A stretch of 64,000 bases of DNA, from NCBI RefSeq assembly GCF_009914755.1, contig NC_060925.1; one strand, given 5' to 3'. The stretch is from the human T2T-CHM13v2.0 reference genome, Homo sapiens. How positions within the stretch are numbered: the first letter of the stretch is position 1; every line of letters begins with the position of its first letter. The notes under the pieces were generated by a model. The model had not been told where the DNA came from. It saw nothing but the letters and a program-made list of their open reading frames with translations, and did not search any database. A program made the position numbers and the translations under genes. Below are positions 15,216-41,022 of the stretch, piece by piece.

Positions 15216-15332
15216 CAATTGGAGTGGAAATTGAAATGGGAAAGGAAAACTATAGTTACTAGAGAGAGCTATTGTCTTGGGGAGGATCACTGGACAGGAC
15301 TATGGTCTTTGGAGAAATAAGCGAGTTACAAC

Positions 15333-19258
<3,926 letters not shown>

Positions 19259-19843
19259 TGTATTAGTCAGGGTTCTCTAGAGAGACAGAATTAATAGGAT
19301 AGATATACAAAGGAGTTTATTAAGTATTACACTTACTTTTTTTTTGTCTTTTTTTTTCTTACTTTTTGTGGAAAACAGGGTCTTGCTATATTGCCCAGGC
19401 AGGTCTCCAACTCCTGGGCTCAAGCTATCCTCCCGCCTCTGCGTCTCTGAGAGCTGGGATTACAGGTGTGAACCACCACACCCAGCCAGGAGTTTATTAA
19501 GTATTAACTTACACAATCACAATGTCCCGCAATAGGCTGTCTGCAAGCTTAAGGAGCAGGAAAGTCAGTTCAAGTCTCAAAACTGAAGAACTTGGAGTCT
19601 GATGTTCCAGGGCAGGAAGCATCCAGCACAGGAGAAAGATGTAGGCTGGCAGGATAGGCCAGTCTTGCCTTTTCATGTTTTTCTGCCTGCTTTATATTCA
19701 TGGGCAGTGGATTATATTGTGCCCACCAGATTTAGGGTGGGTCTGCTTTCCCCAGCCCATTGACTCAAATGTTAATCTCCTTTGGCAACACCCTCACAGA
19801 TACGCCCAGGATCAATACTTTCATCCTTCAATCCAATCAAATT
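19259..19843 (-). mobile_element. MLT2A (HERV-L) LTR, interrupted
   Basis: TGTATTAGTCAGGGTTCTCTAGAG ... CCTTCAATCCAATCAA, MLT2A-type sequence. Confidence 0.85.
19327..19487 (-). pseudogene. BCYRN1: BC200 (BCYRN1) RNA retropseudogene, 3'-truncated, no poly(A) tail
   Basis: Minus strand reads CCCAGCTCTCAG..AGAGGCGGGAGGATAGCTTGAGCCCAGGAGTT.GAGACCTGCCTGGGCAATATAGC ... AAAAGACAAAAAAAAAAGTAAGTGTAA (BC200-specific positions and start of the unique domain); TSD AGGAGTTTATTAAGTA(TTA). Confidence 0.88.
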
Positions 19844-21030
<1,187 letters not shown>

Positions 21031-21069
21031 CAATGACAGAATCTGATAAGTTGGAAGAGTATACTGTAG

Positions 21070-21388
<319 letters not shown>

Positions 21389-21502
21389 TCATACTTCACT
21401 ATTGAAACAAACTTTTTTTGTGTACAGAAGAAAAAAAATCGTACAGTTAATAGTGTCAGAGATAGTGAAAATATGAAACAAGAACTGCTTACAAGAAAGG
21501 AG

Positions 21503-22598
21503 CACTCAGGGGACCAAACCTCTGCCAGAGCCAGCGGGGAAGTGACTTATGCCTCTCTCTTCTTTCCCTCCTGTCCCCGCCCCTCGTCTCCCACAATGAA
21601 GCGGGTACTTAATCTGTGTCCTGTGGAGGTCCCCTTTGGCAGCCAGCTGGAAGCCCGTGCACCCTCCTTCAAATAATGGCTTTCAATGAGCAGACTAGAA
21701 CATTTAGGATTGCAAAGGAAACCGATTCCTTTCAAACCTGGTTATCTTTGTGATGTGGCACTGTTTGCATATCTTCCTTAAAACGCATTAAAGGCCACTG
21801 CACTCCACCCTGGGCGACAGGAGGTGACTGTGTCTCAAAAAAACCAAAAACACTCCCCCCTCACCCCAAAGCATTAGACATCAAGGCTGGCAGGGATGTC
21901 TGTTCTCTTGAAAGTTCAATATCAATTCAATACTTTAAATTCACTGTAGTTTCAATCCATTGGTATGGAAAGTGTTTTGAATTATTGTACTGATTTTTTT
22001 CTATCCTCTTTCTGATACGCATGCTAATCATATGGACCTTGGACATCTATCTTCCTGAACTTTTCTCTCCTGTTTTTACATTCTTACTTTGGTTTGTGGG
22101 AAATATTCTTGATATTATCTTCAACTTAATTTTTGTTCTTGCTTCTACTATTTTAGTTTAATTTCCAAGTATTTTGATATTGAACTTTCAAGAGAACAGA
22201 CATCCCTGCCAGCCTTGACGTCTAATGCTTTGGGGTGAGGGGGGAGTGTTTTTGGTTTTTTTGAGACACAGTCACCTCCTGTCGCCCAGGGTGGAGTGCA
22301 GTGGCCTTCAATGCGTTTTAACGAAGATATGCACACAGTGCCACATCACAAAGATAACCAGGTTTGAAAGGAATCGGTTTCCTTTGTAATCCTAAACGTT
22401 CTAGTCTGCTCATTGAAAGCCATTATTTGAAGAAGGGTGCACGGGCTTCCAGCTGGCCGCCAAATGGGACCTCCACAGGACACAGATTAAATACCCGCTT
22501 CATTGCGGGAGACGAGGGGCGGGGACAGGAGAGAAAGAAGAGACAGGCATAAGTCACTTCCCCCGCCGGCTCCGACAGCGGGTTGGTCCGCTGAGGGG
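21503..22598. repeat. Long inverted repeat: arms ~21503-21925 and ~22174-22598, 248-bp spacer
   Basis: Arms are reverse complements (ORFs 21547-21735 minus and 22364-22552 plus give near-identical peptides); the right arm is the upstream flank of the U1 gene. Confidence 0.95.
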
Positions 22599-22671
22599 CG
22601 TTGGGTGAGGCGGAAGAGCAGACGGGGATCCGGAAGGCGTTGTCGGTGACATCACGGAGAGGGCGATTTCT

Positions 22672-22853
22672 ATGTAGATGAGGCAGCGCAGGGGCTGCTG
22701 CTTCGCCACCTGCTGCTTCGCCACGAAAGAGTTCCCGTGCCGTGGGAGCAAGTCTGGGACCTCTGGTCGGAACGGAGAGTCGCAGCTGTGTGTTAGGGCT
22801 AGGATGGCTCCGGGATGCGCGTGAGGCAAGTGACCTTGCGTGTAAAGGGTGAG
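22672..22853 (+). promoter_or_regulatory. U1-type snRNA promoter: DSE (octamer ATGTAGAT 22672-22679, SPH-like TTCCCGTGCCGTGGGAGC ~22733) and PSE (TGACCTTGCGTGTAAAGGGTGAG 22831-22853)
   Basis: Colinear with the RNU1 5' flank; elements at about -220 and -60 relative to +1 at 22892. Confidence 0.9.
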
Positions 22854-22891
22854 GAATATGAGGCTGCGGCGGGGCGGAGGGGCGTGAGCTT

Positions 22892-23061
22892 ATACTTATG
22901 TTTATCTAACAGAAGAAATGTTATGATCACGAAGGTGGTTTTTCCAGAGCAAGGCTTAGCAATTTTGCTGTGGATGTGCTGACCCCTGTGATTTCCCCGA
23001 ATGTGGGAATCTCCATTACATAACTTGTGGCAGTGGGGAACTGTGTCTGTGTTTTCCCCTG
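22892..23061 (+). ncRNA. RNVU1: Variant U1 snRNA gene or pseudogene (RNVU1 family), 170 nt, highly diverged
   Basis: ATACTTA...ATGATCACGAAGGTGGTTTT...GGATGTGCTGACCCCTG...TTTCCCCTG aligns end to end with U1 with a 6-nt 5' insertion; genomic flanks rather than retroposition marks; copy number not assignable. Confidence 0.93.
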
Positions 23062-23071
23062 GGTTGTTGTC

Positions 23072-23085
23072 GTTCTAAAAGTGGA
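23072..23085 (+). terminator. snRNA 3' box
   Basis: GTTCTAAAAGTGGA 10 nt downstream of the U1 3' end (RNU1 has GTTTCAAAAGTAGA). Confidence 0.75.
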
Positions 23086-23410
23086 TTTTGTTTGCTGTGG
23101 AAGCATATATAAGGCGTTAGTATAAACTAATAAACAGGTCTTTGTTCCCATCTGTAACTTACTTTCAAAGTAAAGATTTTGCCAGGTAGTGGTTGGTTCT
23201 CACGCTTGTAATCTCAGTAGTCTGTGAGATGCATTGATAACTTTATGTTAATACCGCTCGAGCTCTGGAGTTTGATGTCAGTGTGGTCAAATATGGTGGA
23301 CCCGTCTCTACTAATCTCTTAGCTTTTTTTTTTGTTCTATAGAAATAAAACTAAGCTTTTCTTTTCCCTACGGGAGCCCATTGTAAACATTTATTAACAG
23401 CAAACAGTCC

Positions 23411-23688
23411 ACTGGAGTGCATGGCGGGATCCCGGCTTACTGCAACCTCTGCCTCCTGCCTTCAAGCTATTCTCCTGCCTCAGCCAGAGAATACTCGATC
23501 TCCTAAGTAACTGAGATTACAAGCGCAGGCCACTAAAAAATTAGGCCCGGCTAATTTTTTGAATTTTTGGTAGAGACAGGGTTTTACCATGTTGGCCAGG
23601 CTGGTCTTAAACTCCTGACCTCAAGTTATCCGCCCGCCTCGGCCACCCAAAATGTTGGGATTACAGGCCTGAGCCACCGCGCCTGGCC
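23411..23688 (-). mobile_element. Diverged Alu (a second degenerate Alu arm lies at ~23181-23315 +)
   Basis: CTGGAGTGCA ... GTTGGCCAGGCTGGTCTTAAACTCCTGACCTCAAG ... GCCTGGCC. Confidence 0.85.
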
Positions 23689-25584
23689 TGTTTACAGACT
23701 TTACAGACAGATTTTGTTTACAAGCTTTACACGCACGGTTCAGTTGCAGTTAGTGTATATTATGTTTGGCCCAAGACAAATGTCTTTTTTTTTTTTTTTC
23801 CCAGTGTGGCCCAAGGAAGCCAAAATTTAGACAACCCTGCTCTAGAGGGTTTGATTCATGTTTCCACTGGGTTATGCTTATTGCCTGTAATTCCATTTGA
23901 TATTTTCCAAATTTGATTTTTTAAAAAGCGTTTTCCTGAAGCACCCTAAAGCTTTCCTAATAATATGGGAACTTAAACCAGATTGGATGTAACAAAACCC
24001 GGCTGGAATCCTGCAACTTCTAACCTTAATGTTAGATCAAGAAGCAAAACACCCACCAGTCCAAGGGTCAGGGAAGATGAAGATCATGCCTGAGCTGTAA
24101 CAACGCCCTTCCCAGTATACAAAAGCGTGTAACAGCCACTTGAATTCTATCTTCCAAGTGTCTCCTGTTGCCCAGGCTAACCTAGAGCTATCTAAAGATG
24201 GCAAATCTGGGAAATGTGCATTCAGCTTGGCAAAACTGATACATTACAAATCCACCACAGTCCACTTCTTCTCAAAGTGGCATCAATGTGCACCTTCCTC
24301 CTCCTCCTTCTCTTTTCCTCCTCTTCCTCATCCTCTTCTTTCTCTTCTTCTTCCTCCTTTTTCCTCCTTGTAAAGCCATACTTAAGGTTCAAATAAAGAC
24401 AATAGGAAAATCATACTTTTTCTCATTCAGTGAAAATATGCCAACCCTTTCCCCAACAGGATAAAGTCTTTTGTCTTTGAATGATGTTCACTCCTTTTTT
24501 AGCTAGATCACATTCCATATTTGCTATCCTGTAACCTAAATATTGAGATTTCTAAAAGTTAATTATTAATGAATATGATAGCGAGGATGATGGAAGATGA
24601 GAATTCTCAAGAAAAGTATTGGTTAATATATAACTAAATGTATTCATCTCAAAATAATGAAGAAATACTCCTAACTATTATAAGTCCTCATTTCTGCAAC
24701 TGTCACTGGCCCTAGCTGGTATTTGTAACTATCTTCACATCTTGCTCTCACAGCCATTTCCTTTGGGGCTGGGCCAGTGGATGTGAGCGTGGGAAAGACC
24801 AGAACCCGCGGTGCCCCCCACCGCACTATCCTTGGGTCTCCAGAGGTGGGATCCACCGGGCAGGGGCCTTTGCTGGACTCTAAACCGGCTCTGGGGATAC
24901 AAGAACAGCTGCCTTTGAGAAACAGTTCAAGTCTCTATATTCCAGACTTCCTAGTAGGACTAAACTCTTAATGTTCACCCAGGAATTCACGGTTCTCCTT
25001 AAACCCTGCGGTGGAATGCCTTCCTTCACCGAGCATTTATTGGGCACCTACTAGGTGCTAGGGTGGCTCTGGGCGAAGGGCTGCAGCCTGTGCAAACTCC
25101 AGGTCCCTTTCCTGTGGATCCCACCTCTGAGGGCCCGAGGGGGACGCAGTGAGGACACCACGGGTTCTGGTCCTTCCCACGCGCGCATCCGCTGGCCCAG
25201 GCCTGGCGGAAATGACTGTGAGCGCAAGGTGTGAGCGGGGCTAAGAATGGGAAAGCGAGTGACTTTCGCCGGAGAAGCTGCAGTTGTCACCTGTAGAGGG
25301 GCCGGCGACTTTTGAGACGGTGAAGAGCAGGCGGGGGAAGCAGTGAAGAGCAGACGGTGAGGAGCAGGTGGCCCTTTGGCCGTTGGAGTCCCCCAGCTGA
25401 CTCTGCCCGGGTAGAACGTCCAAAGTGCCCAAAGACTCGACTCTTGGCTTCATTGTCTCCCGTATTCTGGGTTTCTGGAGTGCGCGGGATTGGACAGGCA
25501 TCAAATATATGAGATTATCTGCAGCCAGAGGTTAAAAAGCCATTTCTGGTATCAGCAAGTGAGTTTAAGACACAAGCCATTAGA

Positions 25585-25658
25585 GTCTCTGTGGTGCAAT
25601 CGGTTAGCGCGTTTGACTGTTAACTGAAAGGTTGGTGGTGCAAGCCCATCCAGGGATG
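25585..25658 (+). tRNA. TRN-GTT: tRNA-Asn(GTT), degenerate (probable pseudogene)
   Basis: 74-nt match to tRNA-Asn; B box changed from GGTTCGAGCC to GGTGCAAGCC, several CpG transitions, anticodon-stem change; T4 downstream. Confidence 0.9.
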
Positions 25659-26037
25659 GCACCTTTTGCTTAGGCAAGATTCACACTTTCTGTTTAAAGA
25701 CTTTAATCCTGGGAATCCTCCGGACCTCTATTAGCTTTGAATCAGATGCCAAAATATGCTGCGTGAAGGCTCAAGTTCCATGGAAGTTCCTAAAAACAGG
25801 AATATTTCAGCAAAAGTAATTTTTCAATAGAGCCTGAGCCTGGGGCTTCAGAGCTTACGCCAGAGCCACTGCACCTATTTCATCACCTCCTGAAGCTGGG
25901 TTTTTACAATTGCACATTCCTGGAAATCCAAAACTCCCAATAATTGAAAACAAGAAAACCCCAGTCTTCACTTGTGGTGAAGCCTCAATTTCTGGGTTGA
26001 AATCTTGGTTCATTCATGACGTGAATTTAAAACGTTA

Positions 26038-26475
<438 letters not shown>

Positions 26476-26739
26476 TTATCATAATATCTCTCTTTACTGC
26501 ACCATCTTGGGATTTCCATCGCCTCTCTCTTGTTAGATCCCCTGCTTCATGGATCTCAAGGGGGTTCATTCCTCACTCACTTCTTCCTTTTGATGATGCA
26601 TATCCTCCAAAACCTCCTATAAAGTGGTTACCTTAGAAATAAACTTTTTGAGACACTGCATGTCTGAAAATGTCTTTTATACCCATAAAATTAATTGATA
26701 TTTTACTAGATAGAGATACAAAAAGATAGGTGGAAATAA

Positions 26740-27524
<785 letters not shown>

Positions 27525-27750
27525 CTTGTTGTTTACTGTTTTCCATAGTCATTTCTGAGAAAGAAAAAGGTAAGCCTTTTCTGCTGTGAGCTAGAGCTGG
27601 TCTGACAAACACCTAGGCCATGGTGTTCTATGGTTAAAACTAAAAATTTCACAACACCAATATCAGACAAAGTTACCCTCTCACTAAACTGAAAGAAATA
27701 CTATTTCACAATCATATTTGAGCATAAAAAGAACACTGTTCAAACCATAA

Positions 27751-28334
<584 letters not shown>

Positions 28335-28797
28335 TAAAAATACCGAGATTCCCAAAGGAAGAATTGTCCCACAATTTCCCCATAGTGTTTGCTGTCTCCT
28401 GTGTTGCAATGAGCCAATATACTCAGGTTTGACTATAGGTTTGTTCCTGATGGTTATACACTGGAGCACATCAGCACCATAGAGAAGATGGATGCCGTTC
28501 TGATTCTTTGTTATTTGCCTTAAACTCTTCTCCCATATCCCCTCCCAAAAGCCTATAGAATCTTCTACTTCTTCCTATTAGTTTGAAACTTCATGATCTA
28601 TTTCCATCCACCATGCTGGGTACTGAGTGTGCTCTTTCAATATGGGAATTTGTATTTTGGAGGTATCATTCCAAAGATGTTTATGCATATACAATTAAAG
28701 GTATATATTTATTTCCTGCAACTACCATCACCCTTTTGATACACTTCTGCTGTATAATAAACCATCCCAAGCTTATTGACTTAGAATAACAATAATT

Positions 28798-29093
<296 letters not shown>

Positions 29094-29529
29094 GAATAAC
29101 AATAATTTATTATTTTTAGTGATTCTGTGAGTTGGCTTGGAAATTCTTCTAGTCCAAGCTGGTTCATTTGGGGCTGGATGGTCTAGGATGGCCTCACACA
29201 TCTGGGGTATAGGTGGATTGGTTGGAAAAAGTGGGATGCATGGATCTTTTTCTTCATGTGATCTCTCTAGCAGGCTAGCTTTGGGGGATCTTCAGATCAT
29301 GGCCTCAGGATTTCAAGTGAAGAAAAAAGCAGGTAATCCTCCCATGTGCAAGCCTCTCTTCTGCCAGGTTTGCGAAGGCACCAACATTTGCCCAAAGCAA
29401 GTCATATAGCCAATCCAAGATTCAAAGAGAGGAGAAATAGACTCTCTTGATGAGAGAAGCTGCAAAATATAACCACTTTTTTTTTCAATCTGTCACAGTA
29501 TACCATACTGGACTATCAGTAGCTTCCTC

Positions 29530-30527
<998 letters not shown>

Positions 30528-30560
30528 TAAAAGAATAATTTTAAAAAATCTTTTTTGGAT

Positions 30561-31745
<1,185 letters not shown>

Positions 31746-31992
31746 TATTGGAATACTATTTGGTATTGCTCCCGTGAAAGATACATTTGCAGAATGTACT
31801 CAAATTAGAAGCATTATATAAACACTACAATGTAGCAATGGCGCATCCAGTTCTCTACACTATAGAAATATCTGCGGTGTAGACATTTCCACAATGACCA
31901 AAGATATGTGTACAAGAATGGTGACTGCAGCATTCTTTGTAATCCTAAAACCATGAAACCAACCTCATCTCAAAGACATTTTTTTTTTTTGA

Positions 31993-32145
<153 letters not shown>

Positions 32146-32582
32146 TGAAAAGGGTTAAATAAATAATGCACAAACTGAGGAAAAATACTGTTTTCAAAAA
32201 TGATGGAGAGGATCACTATGATGATGAATGATTCCACTGGTCACATTATTGATAGAGCAATCAGTAAATCCAGGCACATCCTGGAGATACTACTGGACTC
32301 CTATTACTAAAATATGAAAAAACGGAGACAAGTAAGTTACTCATTTAAGCGTATAATCGACTGAATTAGAATTTTATCACACCAGAAGTGGGTTCCTAGG
32401 TCTCTGTTTCAGGATTCCTGAGTTACACAGGTGTAAACCCGCCGTTTCAGGAGATACCCGGTTAAGAATCTGGTCGGGGAGCTGGCTGGCCCTTGACATG
32501 GATCAGTCATAAATTAGTGGCTAATTCTTCCCCATTTATGTAGTGATTGACAGTACGTGCATGCTTTAAAAGTTCCAATAAG

Positions 32583-32656
32583 CATCCCTGGGTGGGCTCG
32601 AACCACCAAGCTTTCGGTTAACAGCGGAACGCGCTAACCGATTGCACCACAGAGAC
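32583..32656 (-). tRNA. TRN-GTT: tRNA-Asn(GTT) variant
   Basis: Minus strand GTCTCTGTGGTGCAATCGGTTAGCGCGTTCCGCTGTTAACCGAAAGCTTGGTGGTTCGAGCCCACCCAGGGATG; B box intact; about 4 changes from consensus including a C:C mismatch in the anticodon stem; T4 terminator at 32568-32571. Confidence 0.92.
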
Positions 32657-32719
32657 AAGCACTGCTAACTCCACTGGGCCATATAGGAAGGGCGCACTCA
32701 CTAAACTTCCTCCGTCCCT

Positions 32720-33480
32720 TCTATTCCCAGGGCCCGCCTGGCAGGACGACTGAGCAAGTCCTTGGAAAACCAGAGATATTAGAGCGGTGAATCGCGCTGG
32801 TCACGTTGGACACCTGCGCGTTAGGAGATTCTGGAGCCAGAGGGAGAGACCCCAGAAACTCCCCGGTCGGCGACCCAGCCCGAGACGCCTGGGGTCCCAA
32901 GGGAAGCTGAACGCCCGGTGGGCTCCCGGGATGGTTCTTCCGGTTCTTTGTGCCGCCTTCACCCAGTGAAGGAGCCTGTATCCACCCTGCCCAGTCGCTG
33001 TTGGGCTGCTGCGGAGCTTCCGCTGCCATCTTCGGATCCTGTGTTCCGCCCGGGGCTCCACCAGGGCAGGGATGGTGGTGAGGGTCGCTCGTGGGTCCCC
33101 TGGCAGGGAGCAGGGTCTGGCACTCACAAGGGCGCACGACTAGGACTTGTCGAATGAATCCTTTGTCGCCTTTAGCTTTTAGTCCTTTGAAGAGAGGTGA
33201 GAGTGGAAATCAAGAGATTTTTTTCCACGGGGAAGTTCTTTTTACAAAGCGTTGATTTCTCGGCACCCCGCGGGGCGGGCAACTGACACGGCCTCCGGTG
33301 CACCTTCTGCGCTGTGGAGCCTCTGGGGCTCAGCTGGGCGGTGGTCGGGTCGTGGGGCGGTAGGGCGGGAGCGGGGGAAGGGAAAAGCAAAAGCTGGAAA
33401 AGAAGCAGGGGAGTTGTGAACCAGACATCCAGACCTCCTGAAGGGCTCGTGCAGACGTACAGGCGGGATCTTCTGGAAGT
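32720..33480. promoter_or_regulatory. CpG-island promoter-like region 5' of the tRNA
   Basis: CpG-rich; ETS-like CTTCCG (33018-33022 region) next to YY1-like GCCATCTT (33025-33032); GC boxes at ~33355-33375; plus-strand donor-like GTGAG sites at ~33078, 33197, 33479. Confidence 0.65.
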
Positions 33481-35766
33481 GAGAATTGTTTTTGTTTGTT
33501 TATCTATTGTAGCAGAATGGGGAAATGGAGAGAGAACCTGAAAGAGCCCCAAACTCGAGGACCTATTGCTCCCCAAGAATAACATCTTCCAGAACTAGAC
33601 AGAAAACTAGGCGTCTGGGAACCCTGAAATCCTTGGAGGAGTAGATCATCATGACCCTCTGTGTTCCTTTTGGCAAATGACTTGCTTCCATTGTTTGTTT
33701 GTTCAATTGTCTGTTTGTTAAATAAATAAAACCCTTTTCATGTATCTTTAAAATTACATTGGTTCTATTATTTTATGATTACAAACGATGCTGCAGTCAT
33801 CATTCTTGTACACTTCTCATTGGCCACTGGTGTATTTCTATAGGGTGGAGGCCTGGAGAGCAGTTGTTCCAGCATAGTGTTTACATAGCTTTTATTTAAT
33901 TCCGTTTTCTTTCCTTTGTTGCTTTATTAGCTATAACCCTTCTCTTATTTCAGTGGCAGCTTTAGGGTTTCTGGGATACATCTTTAATTTATCACATTCT
34001 GCTTTCAAGTGCAATTATACCTCCCTTTCTGGCCTTTATCCTAGTGTTACGTATTTTTACTTTATGCATTATAAGTTTTGTGATTATCATTACTTTCATT
34101 TATTATGTCAAATATTTTTAAAAAGATTTAAATTATAAGAAAATGTGTAGTACATGCTTTCTAAATGCCATTTCCAATATTTGTTTTTGTATAGGTCCAG
34201 ATTTTTATCTGGGATCCTTTTGCTTCTGCCTGGAGGACTTTTAATAAGATTTCTTGTAACGTGGGTTGGTGAATTGTTTTAGCTTTTGTATGTTTTTCGA
34301 TGTCCTTATTTCACTCACAGTTTTGAAATTTTATTTTTGCATAGAATTCTAGGTTAACTTTTTTTCTCTGGGTACTTTAAAAATGTTACCATTTATGAAG
34401 CATTGCCATTATAATATCATCTTTCTTTCCTGTGTTTGTAAGAATGGCATAAAGCCGGTTTCTTGCGGTGGTTATATAATTTTCAGAATGTGTACTTAAA
34501 TTTAAAATATTAAATTTTACTAAAAAACTAAAAATATTAATCATGAACATCCTAGATTCATCTTAAATTCCACCAACAGTGCACTTAAAATGTGCCCAAC
34601 CTGAGGGTCAAACCTACCTGCTGACGTGTAATTTGTGTTTGTGAGACATTCTCAACAGCATTTGCTTTCCCTAGCTGAGTGATTTTCCTCACATCTGAAT
34701 GTCTTCAGTACAAAAGGAAACCTTTGTCTTTGCAAAAATACTTTCAAATATTCTTACTTCAAGTAAGTGCATTAAAAACAAACTTCTCAGTTGCATCCCT
34801 GGAATCCATGGAAAGCCCGGGAGAGACAATCAAGTGCTTCAGGATCAAGAGCTAAACAAGGGAAGACAAAGCGTGGCTTCTTCACTAGGAGTCCAGCCAA
34901 AGTCAACTGATTTGGTCTCCAGTGGAGGTCGGAACTCGGTTCACTAGCGACGTGAGGACCCGGCCCAGAGGAGGCGGACTTTCTCTTCCTGGTGCCTTCA
35001 GATAGGAAATCTAGAATTTCTTTCTTTCCCTTTGATCTACTTCTAACTCTCCCGTTCTATTTCTTCAAGACCTTTTTCGGATCCCTACTGCGAAGGACCT
35101 AAGGGGCCGATGCCCTTCCCTAACGGTCCCTCCCTGGCTGAGTGTCTTCGGAGCCCAAGCTCACCTGTAAGGTTACTGCCCTCCGGAGACAGCGAGAGGA
35201 CCAAGGAGGGCGGCGGGTGCGGTGGGAACCACAGAGTCACCGCGCACCTGCGCCTCGCGGGCTCCTAGCAAATTGAATAAATGATCCCTGAAGCTTCTCT
35301 GCAGGTCACAGGGAAGGGGAGGGTGGCTGCCGACACGCGGGAGAAGCTTCAAGAAGCGTCGGGAGGACCTGGCCCTGCCTCTGGGCCTTGAAAACAGGCC
35401 TGGCCAGGCTGATTTTGTCGCGTAGGCCCAAAGAAAAGTGTCAAGGGCGGCCCAAACCCTGACCTCGAGATTAAGGCTCTTAAATGTCTGACGGTTTTGA
35501 GACTCGTCTGTAGAATCGATCCCGCCTGTATCCGGAGACCGGAGACTCCTTTGCCAAAATTCAGAGACCAAGAAAGAGAAAGATTGGGCAGATCAAAGTC
35601 TGTAATTAACCCAAACAGGAAACGTAATTTTTCTGACAAATTGTATGTGTGCTCTGAGAAAAAGACTAGCCTCAAGGAGAATCTGTTTTTTTGGCTTGAG
35701 TGTAGGGAAGAATGGAATTGCCACCAACAATGTTGCGTTGAAACGGCAGGTGCATCAGGCTGTAGA

Positions 35767-40255
<4,489 letters not shown>

Positions 40256-40502
40256 CCTTCTGGATTTTGAATTCAGTCAAGCTGTTCTCTAACAGCTGGG
40301 GTGAAAGCCAACAAAGATCCTGCTAAGAAAGCTCCCTGGAAAAAAAATGTTCAAAAGTAACACAAATATCAAACTGGAAAGAAATTGATTTAGGAACCGA
40401 ACCCAGGTTGTCATGGTGAAAAAAGGAGCAGAACCTTAGCTACCGAACTGCAGCCTGGGGTATGAGGTGACAACCATCACTTTTTTAGTTTGGTTTGGCT
40501 AG

Positions 40503-41022
<520 letters not shown>

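Noticed and set aside
21547-22552. Two near-identical 62-aa ORFs (MKGIGFLCNPK...)
   Set aside because: By-product of the inverted repeat; TTG starts in non-coding U1 flank
22695-22724. Tandem CTGCTGCTTCGCCAC duplication in the U1 DSE
   Set aside because: Also present in the canonical RNU1 promoter as I recall; not specific to this locus
32721-33585. Overlapping 75-138 aa ORFs (e.g. MAAEAPQQPNSDWAG)
   Set aside because: Expected in a GC-rich CpG island; no recognisable homology; the AAGATGGC context is explained by a YY1 motif
34591-34618. Short similarity to the reverse complement of the tRNA-Lys 3' end
   Set aside because: About 25 nt with several mismatches; could be chance
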